A DNA stretch of 64,000 bases. Origin: Octopus sinensis (Eukaryota). Location of the stretch: assembly GCF_006345805.1 (NCBI RefSeq), contig NC_042999.1, positions 76,570,001 to 76,634,000 of the forward strand, in the 5' to 3' direction. The notes below the pieces were generated by a model, which had not been told where the DNA came from, ran no database searches, and saw only the letters and a program-made list of their open reading frames with translations. The position numbers were made by a program, and so were the translations under genes. Positions within the stretch are counted from its first letter, which is position 1; every line of letters starts with the position of its first letter. This document shows positions 40,240 to 52,734 of the stretch, piece after piece.

Positions 40240-40246
<7 letters not shown>
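39878..40246 (-). mobile_element. ORF-less GC-rich hammerhead-bearing insertion (retrozyme or PLE-pLTR-like)
   Basis: Bounded by (TA)n on both sides, several hairpins, intact hammerhead, terminal ATCGAACAGATTATATTA repeated at 40229 and 40286. Confidence 0.7.
40098..40140 (-). ncRNA. Canonical minimal type I hammerhead ribozyme
   Basis: Minus strand CATGCG-CTGACGA-GAGG-CGACCA-CCTC-GAAA-CCG-GTC|CGTGTG: complete CUGANGA/GAAA core, 4-bp stem II, palindromic ACCGGU stem III, GUC cleavage triplet, 6-bp stem I with two G-U pairs. Confidence 0.88.
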
Positions 40247-40290
<44 letters not shown>

Positions 40291-40296
40291 ACAGAT

Positions 40297-40332
<36 letters not shown>

Positions 40333-41215
40333 GATGGGCGTCTTTCAGTCTCCGTCTACCAAATCCAGTCACAAGTTTTTGGTCGGTCCAAGGCTATAGT
40401 AGAAGACACTTGCCCAAGGTGCCACTCAGTGAAACTGAACCTGGAACCATGTGGTTGGTAAGCAAGCTACTTCCCACACAGTCACTCCTTTGTCTTATTA
40501 GAGATGAATTGGAGATCGATTGAACTTACTATGTTGGTTGGTCTGTCTATCTGTTCTGAAAGACTCCCGAAAATATCTCTGCCAATTTCTCGCAACATAA
40601 CTAATCTGTTTTGTAATTTTCAAAATGCACTATTCTCATTATTAACAGTGAAGATTATTAATACCAACAACACTACACATTGAATGCATTAGTTTGGATT
40701 AGAAGGAAAAGAAAAGAGATCCAGTGACGGAACGCCAATCTTCTCCTGGAAGAATGAGAAGTAAAGACGACTTCTGTAGGATTTGAACTTAGAATGTAAG
40801 AACATGTAACTAAATACCGTTAAGCAGTTTGTCGTCCGCTTTTCGAACTTAGTGAATATTAACACCAATATTTCAAAAGATACGACGCAGAAAAAGAATA
40901 GATAAATTAGCTTAGTAGAAGTAGAAGAATCTTACACTGCGACATAGTTAGATGCTGCAGGAACTGGTGATAGTTATCCAAAGTTATATTAGCATAAATA
41001 TTTTTAACTAGCTAAACTGACTAAAGAAATATAAAAGAAAACCTAATTATTCACAAGTTTTCGTAATAGTTATGTTATCTTTGGAAAATTCAATTCCAGG
41101 AGTTTTATATTTATACTGACGCATGAAGCACTGAATATATTTGCACATTTTTCTGTGTTATAACTGCTAGTTGCTACAAGAAGTCATTCTATAAAGAACA
41201 TACGTCCATATATAA

Positions 41216-41248
<33 letters not shown>

Positions 41249-41739
41249 AACACACACACACACACATACGTATTGATCAATTTGAAATAGAAACTGTGTT
41301 AAAAAGCAAGACAGAATGGTGATGTTGGAAGCGCAGATAATGATCACAACTCTCCAAGGGCCATCAGAAGAGAGGAAGATCTTTAGGTCAGAAGACAGCT
41401 CCTACTACACTGCACATTGACGAACGTGTTCTTGTTGTTGTTGCTGTTTTTGTTGTTTCATCCAAGATCAAAGGCATTTCATTTATATTATCCAGTTTCT
41501 TTTAACTAAAATGCTTAATGTGCCTTTTATTTATGAGGGTGAGGTGTAATTACGAATTGACTGCTGTTAAAAGCAAGACAACAACGTAGAGACCCACTGG
41601 TTTGCGTGAAAATTGAATCAGAGTTTCTAATTCAAATTACTTCATTTAATGTCGTTAGAAAAGCATAAATCCTTTATGATGTCAGAGTTATTATATACAA
41701 ATATGATTTCAAAGTTATTATATACAGAAAATGTATTAC

Positions 41740-41894
41740 TGTAGACCCGAAATAATAACGCTCTCAAAATGTTTACTTGTGCAACCATGCGGAAATAGGT
41801 TCGACCCAACACAGAATTTATTCTTTATTTTATGCCAAATATATTTTCGAAAAATCTTCTGTATTATCAATGTAATTTCTGAGAATCTGTGCAG

Positions 41895-41945
<51 letters not shown>

Positions 41946-42658
41946 CGTGCGTGCATGCGAGCGTGTGTGTGTGCGTGTGTCCGTGTGTCCTGGATATAAC
42001 TTCAAATTGCGTCCGGTAGCGGGACGCTGGTACATGAGATCCAGGGATCTGAGTGTGGAACTACCTCATAACCATTATTGTTCCCAGATCTCTCCTGACA
42101 CGGAGTAGTAGCATCTGCCTGGGACCCGGCTATGGGTTAATTTGCATGTGACTCACTCTTTAGAGTTTCGTTGTAGGAGAAGATAAACGCGTATAAAATG
42201 TCTGAAGAGCAGTTGGTTTTCAGTCGGCTCAACCTATGTTGTATCACTAGTGTTATAGCTGATTGCGCTGAAATAGAGATTCAGTGGTGCACAACTTTTA
42301 TCCACTTATCTACATGCATATAAGTTCGTGCAAATGTTCCAAAAATTCAAGATCCGGGACGTGAATTTATTTCCAGTGGATATGTGTTGCACACCACTGA
42401 ACCTCATTTCAGAGCTATCAGCTATAACACCAGTGATACAACAGAGTTGATTGAAATTCAACTGTACATCAGACATTCTTTATACGCGTTTATCTTCTTC
42501 TAAAAAGAAGCTCTAGATGCTACTACTCCGTGTCAGAAGAGATCTGGGAACAATAGTGATTATGGGGTGGTTTCACACTCTTCACATCCCTGGATCTTCT
42601 GTTCCAGCGTCTCCACTCCCGGACGCAAATTGAGGTCATATCCAGGACACACGCACAC

Positions 42659-42689
<31 letters not shown>

Positions 42690-42849
42690 GCTGCATAGTA
42701 TCCCGTACATTGCATTGGTAATACATAATACAGAGTTTTCGAAAATACACTTGTCGGGAAAAAAAAGAAAAAATCCTGCATGTTGGGTCAAACCTGCTTC
42801 TACATGATCGTACAAGCGAAAGGTTTGAGAGCGTTATGCCGCCTCTACA
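41740..42849. mobile_element. ~1.1-kb foldback element with 460-550-bp inverted arms
   Basis: 41740-42295 versus the reverse complement of 42386-42849 align block by block (e.g. CCCAGATCTCTCCTGACACGGAGTAGTAGCATCT / AGATGCTACTACTCCGTGTCAGAAGAGATCTGGG); each arm holds a (GT)n; 90-bp spacer; no ORF. Confidence 0.88.
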
Positions 42850-43939
42850 ATTGTACGCTTATTTTTTTTTCTTCTGGTATTGCCTAAATCCGAAAACCAC
42901 AAATGGCTTGACTTTACTTCATAAACCGAAATACCAAAGAAGAAATCTCGAGATGAATCAATTTATCAAACAGTCGGAAGAAATAAACATCTAAATTTTA
43001 ATAAAAGAAGATACCTGACATGCAGTGCATCTATTGAAAGGCGACCTCTGGAGACAGGATTTACAAAAGCCATATCGGAAACATTGTCTGCCATCTTGGT
43101 TACAGCTATTGCACTTAGAAGGCATATGAACCTTATAATACTGCATTTAATACCTTACTCTAAATTATAAGACCTTTGTAGCCAAATTAAAGATAAAAAT
43201 AATATTAACTTCATTTCATGAGAGATACCAGAGGAAGTACTAACAGCCTTTCCTTTGATGTCATTGTATCAATATATCTTTCAGCTTGTTACTTTTTTTT
43301 TTCTGTTTTTGTATTTGTCTCTTGGTGCGCTTCGCTTTAATTTTGACTACTTTTATTTCTTTTCATTTTTTTATCAAATATGAATTCCATTATTGTGTGG
43401 TTTCAAGGATGTTTCACTGCACGAAACTGTTTGAGGGCAAAGCATTCACAATAATAAGGACAGGAAAAACTACTTATTTTGGTATTGCTTACACACACAC
43501 ACACGCATATACATACACAATCACATACACATGCACAAACACACACTCATACATAGAGTATAAATCGAAATAGAATTGGTAATATATATACTGGTGCCAG
43601 ATAAATGTAAGCGCGGGTGTATATGTATATATTACAGTGCCTAAAGAAATCAATAGGTTATATAAGTGCAATATAAACACACACATATGTGTGTGTGCAT
43701 GCATGTATGTGATTTTCATATATATTGTTTAAATCAAAATCAATTGCTTCACTCATATACATACATATATACACTCAAACGTATATGTATATTCGTGTAT
43801 ATTCATATATATATATATATACATATTATATTTATATATATATATGTATGTATAGACAGATATACACACAAACATATATATATATATATATATTATATTT
43901 ATATATATATGTATGTATGTATAGATAGATATACACACA

Positions 43940-44037
<98 letters not shown>

Positions 44038-44759
44038 ATTGTACGTTAATAATTATTAGTTATAAAGTATTAGCTGTATTGTATCAAACGAATTTAATAG
44101 TTTTTCTATCAGTTAAAATAAAATTATCACAAAGAGAACAAAACTAAAGATGAAAGAAATTTGTAGGAACTGGAGTGCGCGGGTGCATGTGTGTATGTAG
44201 ATGTGTATTCACACATGTATGTACATCTGTATACATACGTACATGCATACATATAACCAAGTGTGTGTGTGTGTGTGTGTGTGTGAATCTATCTTAAGCA
44301 GGGAAACTAGAGAAGAGAAGAGAAAATTTCAATATTTCCGCCTGTGGGTTTTTCGGATTGTTACCAACACAGATATTTCTAGTGTGTTTTGTGTAAGTTT
44401 CATTCCTCGCTACATCGTTTGCCCCATGCGAATCACGTTGAATTTGTACAAGTATATATCAAAATGTCCTTCTTGATACATGCATACGTACATGAATACG
44501 CACATATATACATATTGTCAGTCTAGATGAACTTGGGTTTTCAGTAAAAGAAATCGACCAACTGACTCACACATTACAAATATAATCTGTAAGTGGAATG
44601 GTAAAACAATGCAAGACTTCTTAGGTTTGAAAATGCGATATTGTTTTTATTAAAATTTCACTGATGGAGCTTTGTATCTTTGTTAGAAAGTAGCTCATTC
44701 TTCATAGAAATGTAAATAATTGAAAATAGAAAGAACATACATACATACATACATACATA

Positions 44760-45250
44760 CACCTGCAGTTACTCAGGTTTATACCTGTAATTATTGGGAC
44801 CCTGGGATATGTAACACTACCTAAATACCAATCTTGAGAAATTAGGCTTCTCAAAACTAGAAAGGAGAAAGCTGATTCGAAACTATATATCCAATCCATC
44901 ACTGAAATTGAAAAAGTTTGTAAAAATGTCCAGAAGTTTATCATTTAGGTCTATATGAGCATGTCTAGATATGCAACCATATGCATGAGAAGACACACAT
45001 AAAACAAAACATACAAATCTACACGTATACATATATACATGCATACAGAAATACCCTGTTGTTGATGTTGAAATTCCAGTGAAGGAGCCTTAGATCTAGG
45101 TTAGAAACCGGCTCTTTCTCTATTAGCAAGAAATCTTGAAATAAAATTAAATAACGACATACATATATACAAACATACACACACACATACATACATACAT
45201 ACATACATACACAAATACATACATACATACATACATACATACACACACAC
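44760..45250 (+). mobile_element. R4/Dong-like 3' end (family 2), second copy
   Basis: High similarity to 31250-31680 across the ORF end and 3' UTR. Confidence 0.85.
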
Positions 45251-45841
45251 ATCCTCCATCATTTCCAAATGAACAATACTGAAATATTATAAATCACCAG
45301 CAACCAACAAAATTGTGTAATACAAGGTCGATTCTTGCCGGAGAAACTTCACTCCACACTTCCATCTACCTGCAAATTTTGGTAGCAGTGAATTAACCTA
45401 TAGCAAATCGGGATGATACAGAACTGGGTCTGCCGAGCTGATTTGATCTAACCTGATGGAAATTAGATCCCAACTTAATCCTTTTCCTTTCAGGTCTTAA
45501 AACTTGCTGGTGGTCAATAAAACCTAACAGGTTGATCTGACCTAATGATGCAAAATCCGATCTCTGTTGGAAACATTTTCTTTGTTTTTCGCTGTAGCTG
45601 CAATTTTACGAGAGAAACCAATTAGCCAACAGACATATGAGATAGAGGATAACGGATTCGATTTTCCTAGTTGATGCCATCTAACCTAACATTTATTTGA
45701 ACATAGAACAAAATGCAACCTTTCGCTAAGAGCAGTCAAGCGCCTCCTTATTGTTACACAATATTTTTATCTGGTTTTCGATTTGAATGCAAATATTATT
45801 GTAAATAAATATTGTAAATGCATTATTTTGTTGTGTATAGT

Positions 45842-45901
<60 letters not shown>

Positions 45902-46121
45902 TAGTATGTATACTAGTGTGTTTGAGTGCCAGTGAACTTCTCTTAGGAAATCAATTAAAATAACATATCGTGATTTCTCGCATCTGACTTGAGAGCTACG
46001 ACAAGATTCTGTGACATTCATACTTTTCTTTTTTCATCTCTATTAGCCTAAAAAGTGTGAATTGTTTCTGACTCGGACATTACTCACTAAGTACTTATGT
46101 TCAGTATTTACAAGAAAACTG

Positions 46122-46146
46122 TTACTACTACTACTACTACTACTAC

Positions 46147-46188
<42 letters not shown>

Positions 46189-46202
46189 TGATGATGATGA
46201 CA

Positions 46203-46234
<32 letters not shown>

Positions 46235-46256
46235 AATAATAATAATAATAATAATA
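46122..46256. repeat. Stepwise compound trinucleotide repeat (TAC)-(TAA)-(TGA)-(TAA)
   Basis: Read directly. Confidence 0.95.
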
Positions 46257-46433
46257 CAGCTGTGGAAAAAACATAGCTAGATAAATAAACACTTTATTTG
46301 ATTGTCTACAGTTAGCTGGTGCAAATCACACTGACACATAATTACTTATACACATACACACGTACATTCACATACAATACTATATATATATATATATATC
46401 TGTGTGAACGTGTGTACACTACATACATATACA

Positions 46434-46475
<42 letters not shown>

Positions 46476-46929
46476 TATATACGTATACATATATATGTAT
46501 GTATGTATGTCGGTGTAAACAAATATACTCATAATTATGAAAGACACCGAAAACAAACATGAAAGGTAAACAGTTGTACACAATAAGAAAAACTTATGAG
46601 ACATTTAAAATTAGACAACGTAAGCAATAAAAAAATGAACAATTTAATTTCTAAGTTGTCTGCGAGAACATTCCTGATTTAAGAGTAAAGGAAAAATAAG
46701 AGAAATGATTAAGAAGTATAGTTGAAACAGAAAGCTAGAAGAAAATAGAGAAAGAAATTCTCGGAAGAAATGTGGAAACAATTTTTAAAACAATAAATAA
46801 GTACTTTTCTTCTTTAGTTATTTTTTTAAATTATTGAAAAATGGATGTTCTCCTAAATAAAAGAAAAGTCAAGGACAACGCAGGAAATCAGAAAATGTAG
46901 AAAGGGAAAGTTAAGTAGAATGGAAAAAA

Positions 46930-47029
46930 AGAAGAAGAAGAAGAAGAAGAAGAAGAAGAAGAAGAAGAAGAAGAAGAAGAAGAAGAAGAAGAAGAAGAAG
47001 AAGAAGAAGAAGAAGAAGAAGAAGAAGAA
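46930..47029. repeat. (AAG)n, ~33 units
   Basis: Read directly. Confidence 0.97.
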
Positions 47030-47042
47030 TGAAGATGGTGAT

Positions 47043-47069
47043 GGAAGTGACACGTGACGTAATATGGCG
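47043..47069 (+). promoter_or_regulatory. Overlapping ETS, E-box, CRE/ATF and YY1 motifs
   Basis: GGAAGT (47043), CACGTG (47051), TGACGTAA (47055) and AATATGGCG (47061) within 27 bp. Confidence 0.4.
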
Positions 47070-47107
47070 AGAGAACCTCACTGGAAAGAAGAACATGCCT
47101 TGCAATT
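47064..47107 (+). CDS. Candidate first coding exon MAREPHWKEEHALQ
   Basis: Kozak-like AATATGG, open frame, possible donor TT|GTTAGT; unspliced frame stops at 47144. Confidence 0.2.
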
Positions 47108-47451
47108 GTTAGTTAAATCCTTTTATGAACCCTTTAGTTTCTAAGTTCAATACTTGCTGGGACAGAATTTATCTACCATTCTTCTAAGGTTAAAAATATA
47201 GACACATTCCAAGTACGGTGATCGGATGCAATCAATTATATCTTACTTATTGGCAACTAACTTGTTCTTCAAACGTTCTGGATCTACCAAATGAAATGGA
47301 AAACTCATTTTCGAAAGGGTTTTTCTCTTTAAAATTTGGACGAAAAATGTTTCATTTTTAAACATTTTTTTCTTTTTTTTTCCTCTTTGTCAACATTCAT
47401 GTATCAAAACGGCTACATGGAAAGACCACCTGACTCTAAACAAAATTAACT

Positions 47452-47780
47452 TTTCTACAATAGGCACAATGCCTGACATTTTGAGGAGAGGTAGCTGGTC
47501 AATTACACTGACCCCAGTACTCAACTTGTGCTTATTTCATTGACGTCAAAAGGATGAAAAGCAAAGTTGACAACGGCGGATTTTGAATTCAGAACGCAAA
47601 GACGGACAAAATGCTGCTAAATCTTTTATCCGGCGTGCTAATGATTCTGCTTGCTCACCACTCTTTCGACCTATGAATGATGAAAGGCAAAGGTGAGAGG
47701 GATTTGAACTCAGAAAGTAAACGAACGCGATTCAATACGATATTTGTACTTCGTCTAACACTCTACCCATTCTGCCGCAC
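47452..47780 (-). mobile_element. Two adjacent family-A SINEs
   Basis: GACCCCAGTACTCAACT..TTTGAATTCAGAACG..TCCGGCGTGCTAATGATTCTGC, followed by a second GATGAAAGGCAAAG..GATTTGAACTCAGAA head. Confidence 0.8.
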
Positions 47781-48098
47781 TTTATTTTCTTACAATTGAA
47801 GAGACTTTTCTCTCAACTAAAGAATGAATAATTAAATAAGAAATTAATAAGTACTAAAAACATTAAAGTGACAAAAAAAATGACAACCAATTAACGATTG
47901 CAATCTCAGCAAATAGAGTTTTCGGTGGGGATAGATATTTTCATCTATTTACTGTCTTTTTTTGCGGGGGGTGGGTGTTCATAGTTTTACCCAATTTAAA
48001 CATTGTGTTGCTTTCCTTTGTTTTTCAGTTTGCTTTGTTTTTATTTTTTTGTTTTTTGTATGTAGGTGTGTTTTTATTGAAATTATATTATTGCAATA

Positions 48099-48151
<53 letters not shown>

Positions 48152-48770
48152 TGGCGGCAGCACCAGCAACAGGAGCAGCGGTAGTAGATGGTTTTGGATA
48201 GATGAGTTGTATTTAGTTGTTCATGTCGTTTAACCCTAGAATAGTTTTCACCGAACAGATCAATGGTCAAAGACATTTCAACCGTGACCGTCCCGACTGT
48301 TTTCCTATATACAGGGGACCCAGGATTACATTACTCAACATCCTCTTTCCTAATAGAAAAGGTTGTGATTCGTGGCAGGTTTCGTGACATTTCTAGCAGA
48401 TCGAACGACTAAATAGTTGTCCTCGTAGGGTTTAGGGTTTTGTGGTAGGTGGTTAGTGGTGGTGGAAAGTGATTTCGAGTGGATGTATTGGACGGAATCG
48501 ATAACACGTCCAGGTGTCAGCGTAAATGATAAGTGTTCACTTCTAAGGATGAAAAATGAAAGAAAGTCAGAAAGAAAAAAAGACCAAACAAAAAATTCGA
48601 ATCAAGCAAGCAAAAAAATAGCAATCGAAATCCTGTGCATTTCTAATATGGGGTAACTAATAAATTATTTGTTAGAGACAATGTGTCTGGTGATTAGTGT
48701 GCGTTTACGCACGAGTGGTTAAGAGTGTTTGAATGAGTGGACGTGCAGGTAAATTAAAGACTTTAATAAT

Positions 48771-48984
48771 CCTTTCTACGGAGGCACAAGGCCTCAAATT
48801 TGGTGGGAGGGGCCTAGTCGATTACATCGACCTCAGTGTTTCACTGGTACTTAATTTATTGACCCCGAAAGGATGAAAGACAAAGTCGACCTCGGCGGAA
48901 TTTGAACGCAGAACGTAGAGGCAGACGAAATACCGCTAAGCATTTCGCCCGGCGTGCTAACGACTCTGCCAGCTCGCTGCCTTA
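48771..48984 (-). mobile_element. Well-preserved full-length family-A SINE with 17-bp TSD
   Basis: Head GGCAGCGAGCTGGCAGAGTCGTTAGCACGCCGGGCGAAATGCTTAGCGG..GCGTTCAAATTCC; flanks TTAAAGACTTTAATAAT (48754) and TTAAAGAGTTTAATAAT (48985). Confidence 0.93.
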
Positions 48985-49151
48985 TTAAAGAGTTTAATAA
49001 TGACATGGTAGAGAGGTAGAAGAGATATTCGAAGATATGAACTTGCAGTTAGCTAGATAGATGGGTCGAAGGACAGTGAAGAAAGGATGTATCGTAACCG
49101 AAAGAAAAATCTCACTCCAAGAACTATGAGAACACACACACACAAACACAC

Positions 49152-49190
<39 letters not shown>

Positions 49191-49198
<8 letters not shown>

Positions 49199-49400
49199 TA
49201 TTAGAGACAAAACCACTATTTTTTAATTATATTTAATTTATATAAAATTTTTTATGTATTGGCTTAGGTCTTTCTTTGTTTGATTTGCATAATAGTGGTT
49301 TTGTCTCTAATAATATAATATAATATTTTACTATAAAATTGGATTCAATCCTAAATCTGATTTTTCCCTGTAAATTTGGATTTATTCCCTAATATTTATT
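49191..49400. mobile_element. (TA)n-flanked element with a perfect 30-bp inverted repeat
   Basis: 49191-49220 is the reverse complement of 49291-49320; 70-bp spacer; ~80-bp unique tail. Confidence 0.65.
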
Positions 49401-49875
49401 ATTATTATATATTATATATATATATATGAAATGAATGCAAATGATGAAAATACGTAACTAGCGAAAATATATCGATATAATTCAACTTGTGTTTTCAGCG
49501 TGAAATTCACACACACAACACACACACACACACACAATTCTTTGTGTTTTGTGTCAGCCTTCTATAAAGCTGATAGAACGGTGGGGTTAAAACTGCACGC
49601 TCAAATAAGTCAAAAATCCCTATAAAAGACAGTTCCCTATTGAGCAATTTAATTTGCATTAAATTGCAAAATATTGTCATTTTCACTTAAGCATTGTGCA
49701 TAGAAGTCTTAGAATATAGCTGAAACTTACGTTTTTATGGTTTCTGTCGAAAACTGATAAACGTTTGGCTTCTGGAGAAGTGTTATCAGATAAGGTTACG
49801 AAAGTGACAAATGCATACACAACGGTGACGAGCCACCAGACTTGTCTGGGAAATTCTTACCATAGTCGCCTACAC

Positions 49876-49926
<51 letters not shown>

Positions 49927-50204
49927 GCATAGAAAGAAGGCATATACATTTATCCATACATATTTCTGTTTAGATCTCTCTCTATCTTTCTCTCCCTCTC
50001 TCTCTTTCGCTCAATCTCTTTAGCTGTGTCTCAAATGTGTTTGTCTGTTTAGAGAAAGTGGGATGTAGGCGGAATGAGAAAGAAAATGAGATACGACAAA
50101 TTATCACAGTTTGAATGCAGAACTAAAGAAAAACTATTTTAAAAGGATGAAGATATATTCATCTGTAATTATCGATTTCTTACACGAATGCAATGCCTCA
50201 AATA

Positions 50205-51025
50205 TGACGGTTAGATTCAACCGAATTAGATCGATTCGCAGAATTCATCTGGTACATATCTATCGACCCCAGAAGCATGAGAGAAAGCGTCGGCTTTGAA
50301 GAGATTTGAACACATAGAGTTAAGCATGCAACTAAAATATTGCAAACATTTTAACTGCCATTCTATCGATTCATTGCTCACAACACCCACATAATTTATT
50401 CTATTTATTCATCGACACACAGGTGCAGAAAAATACAATTATTTGAACTTTCAGGGATCAGAAAGATTCATCAATGGGTGTTCATCTCATTGAATACTTA
50501 ATGGGAGAGTGACGATTATTTTGTCCCCAATAATGAAGAGTTATTTATTTTATCGTGGAAATTTTTGAATTTAGTATATTATATTTCGTATCTTGCAGTG
50601 CACTATTATTATATTTTGCATCTTCAAGTACACTAACAATAATAATGGTTCTAAATTTTGGCTGAAGGCCAGCAATCTCTGGGGAGGTGGCAGGCAGGTC
50701 GATTACATTGACTCCAGGGTTCAACTGGTACTCATTTTATAGACCCCGATAGGATGAAAAACAAAGTCGATGTCGGTGAAATTCTAACTCATAAAGTAAA
50801 AACCGACGAAATGGCGCTAAGCATACACTCGAATGATCCCCACCGCCAAAACGACTTTTGCCTCCATTATCCCTAAAGTAGATATTACTCAATTTATTAA
50901 CACCAAAGGCTAAAGAAAAGAGAAGGCAATGCCCGCGAGATTTGAACTCAAATTCTAACTTAAAGACCATGCCGTAAATAAATACCGCAAGCAATTTTAC
51001 CACCGCTCTAACGATTCTGCGATTC
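50205..51025 (-). mobile_element. Three decayed family-A SINEs
   Basis: Repeated GTCGATTACATTGAC..CTGGTACTCATTTT..GACCCCGA..GATTTGAACTCA blocks at ~50205, ~50645 and ~50880. Confidence 0.7.
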
Positions 51026-51859
51026 AATCCCCCACCTTCGTCAATAACACGAACGTAATAATATAACTAAAAGCTGGAAGGCAGGATCTTACCTCTAGTC
51101 AAACAAGTCAACCTAATTTATATTGCAATTAAGTATAATTTCTGAATTAATTTATCGTGAATAATGTAATAAGACAGTGGAAGAAAAGCATCGTTTAAAG
51201 ACCCATTACAACAAATGAGGTGATGGTGGTAGGGAAGTTAAGTGAAATATAGTAAAATACGGAAATACGATAAGCAAATCGGTAATTTAGCATCAACTAT
51301 TGAATTTTTATATAAAATTGGTGAGCGATTTAATGGTTGCGTAGCAAGGAGAACGGAACACTGCGAGGAATATATATCTGACATATCTGTGTGTGTGAAA
51401 TTGTGTTCAATGTGTGTGTGTGTACAAGAATTTATACATAAATATATTTACACATACACTTACGTATAGACACGCACATATATTTCTATATAAATATGTA
51501 TGCGTGAAAGTGTGTACATGTGTGTATAACACAAAGATACATACAAACATACAAACGTACATACACATTAGAGTGTCTTGATTCATTAAACTAGACACAA
51601 TATCAGAGGGAAACCATGCATGTACCGTTGATTCTTCAAGCGTTAAAAACATAGATACATCATTCTTTTCCCTATTGCTTTGTTTAGAATTTTTCTGGAA
51701 ATGCGTAAATAATTTACAACTGACAGGTTACCAATAGTTACAAAATTTTTTAAAGAATACCTTAGCACGTTTTATCCTTACAAAATGTGTGTATGCTGGT
51801 GTGTTTGTGTGTAGATATGACACACACACATATATACAAAGACATGTGCATACGTATAC

Positions 51860-51957
<98 letters not shown>

Positions 51958-52609
51958 ACATATATATATAAATATATATACTTCTTACTGTTGCTCGCTG
52001 ATTTATTTCTGCTCAGGAAATGGTGACATATTTAGGAAAAGAAGAAATCAAGTTAAAATTTTATTATTACATTCTGGATATTTTTTCTACCTTTCCTTTC
52101 AGATTTCTTATTCAAATAAACATGCACAATTTTTAAAAGGATATTCTACGATATTACTTGTTTGCTATTTAAGATCCTAACTGAAATCGTTTTCTAGAAA
52201 TATTTTCTAAATGCGGAAGATGTTTGTTAAAAGTAAAAAGAAAAGCAAGCAAACACACAAAAAAGGATAAAATAGTAATGATAATTTCCTTTTTTTTTTT
52301 CTTGAACTTTTCACTTAAGAAGCAATTTTGAAGAGCTTTCTCTGTATTTCTTTCAATTTCTCATGAAGCAATATAATTGAAACGTTCCGAATTCTCGTAA
52401 GCGTATAAGCTAAACTATTGATCCTATAGTAAACGGATACTTCTAGAGCGTGACATCACAGCATTCAAGCTCCAATACTTGATGCCCACCAACACAACTT
52501 CGCTTCATATTGTAGATATTGTATACATATAAACACTATTTATCTATATCTATAGTTATCAAGATAGATAGACAGACAGACAGATAGATAGTTAGCTTGA
52601 TAGATAGAC

Positions 52610-52706
<97 letters not shown>

Positions 52707-52734
52707 CGTATTTAAATTAGTTCCCTTTTAGCTT

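Larger units (their letters stand above)
39615..40490 (-). mobile_element. Family-B CORE-like SINE split in its internal (TA)n by an insertion
   Basis: 5' head/CORE at 40330-40490 (ACACTTGCCCAAGGTGCCAC..GGAACCATGTGGTTGG) and 3' body at 39615-39790, same orientation and correct order. Confidence 0.85.
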
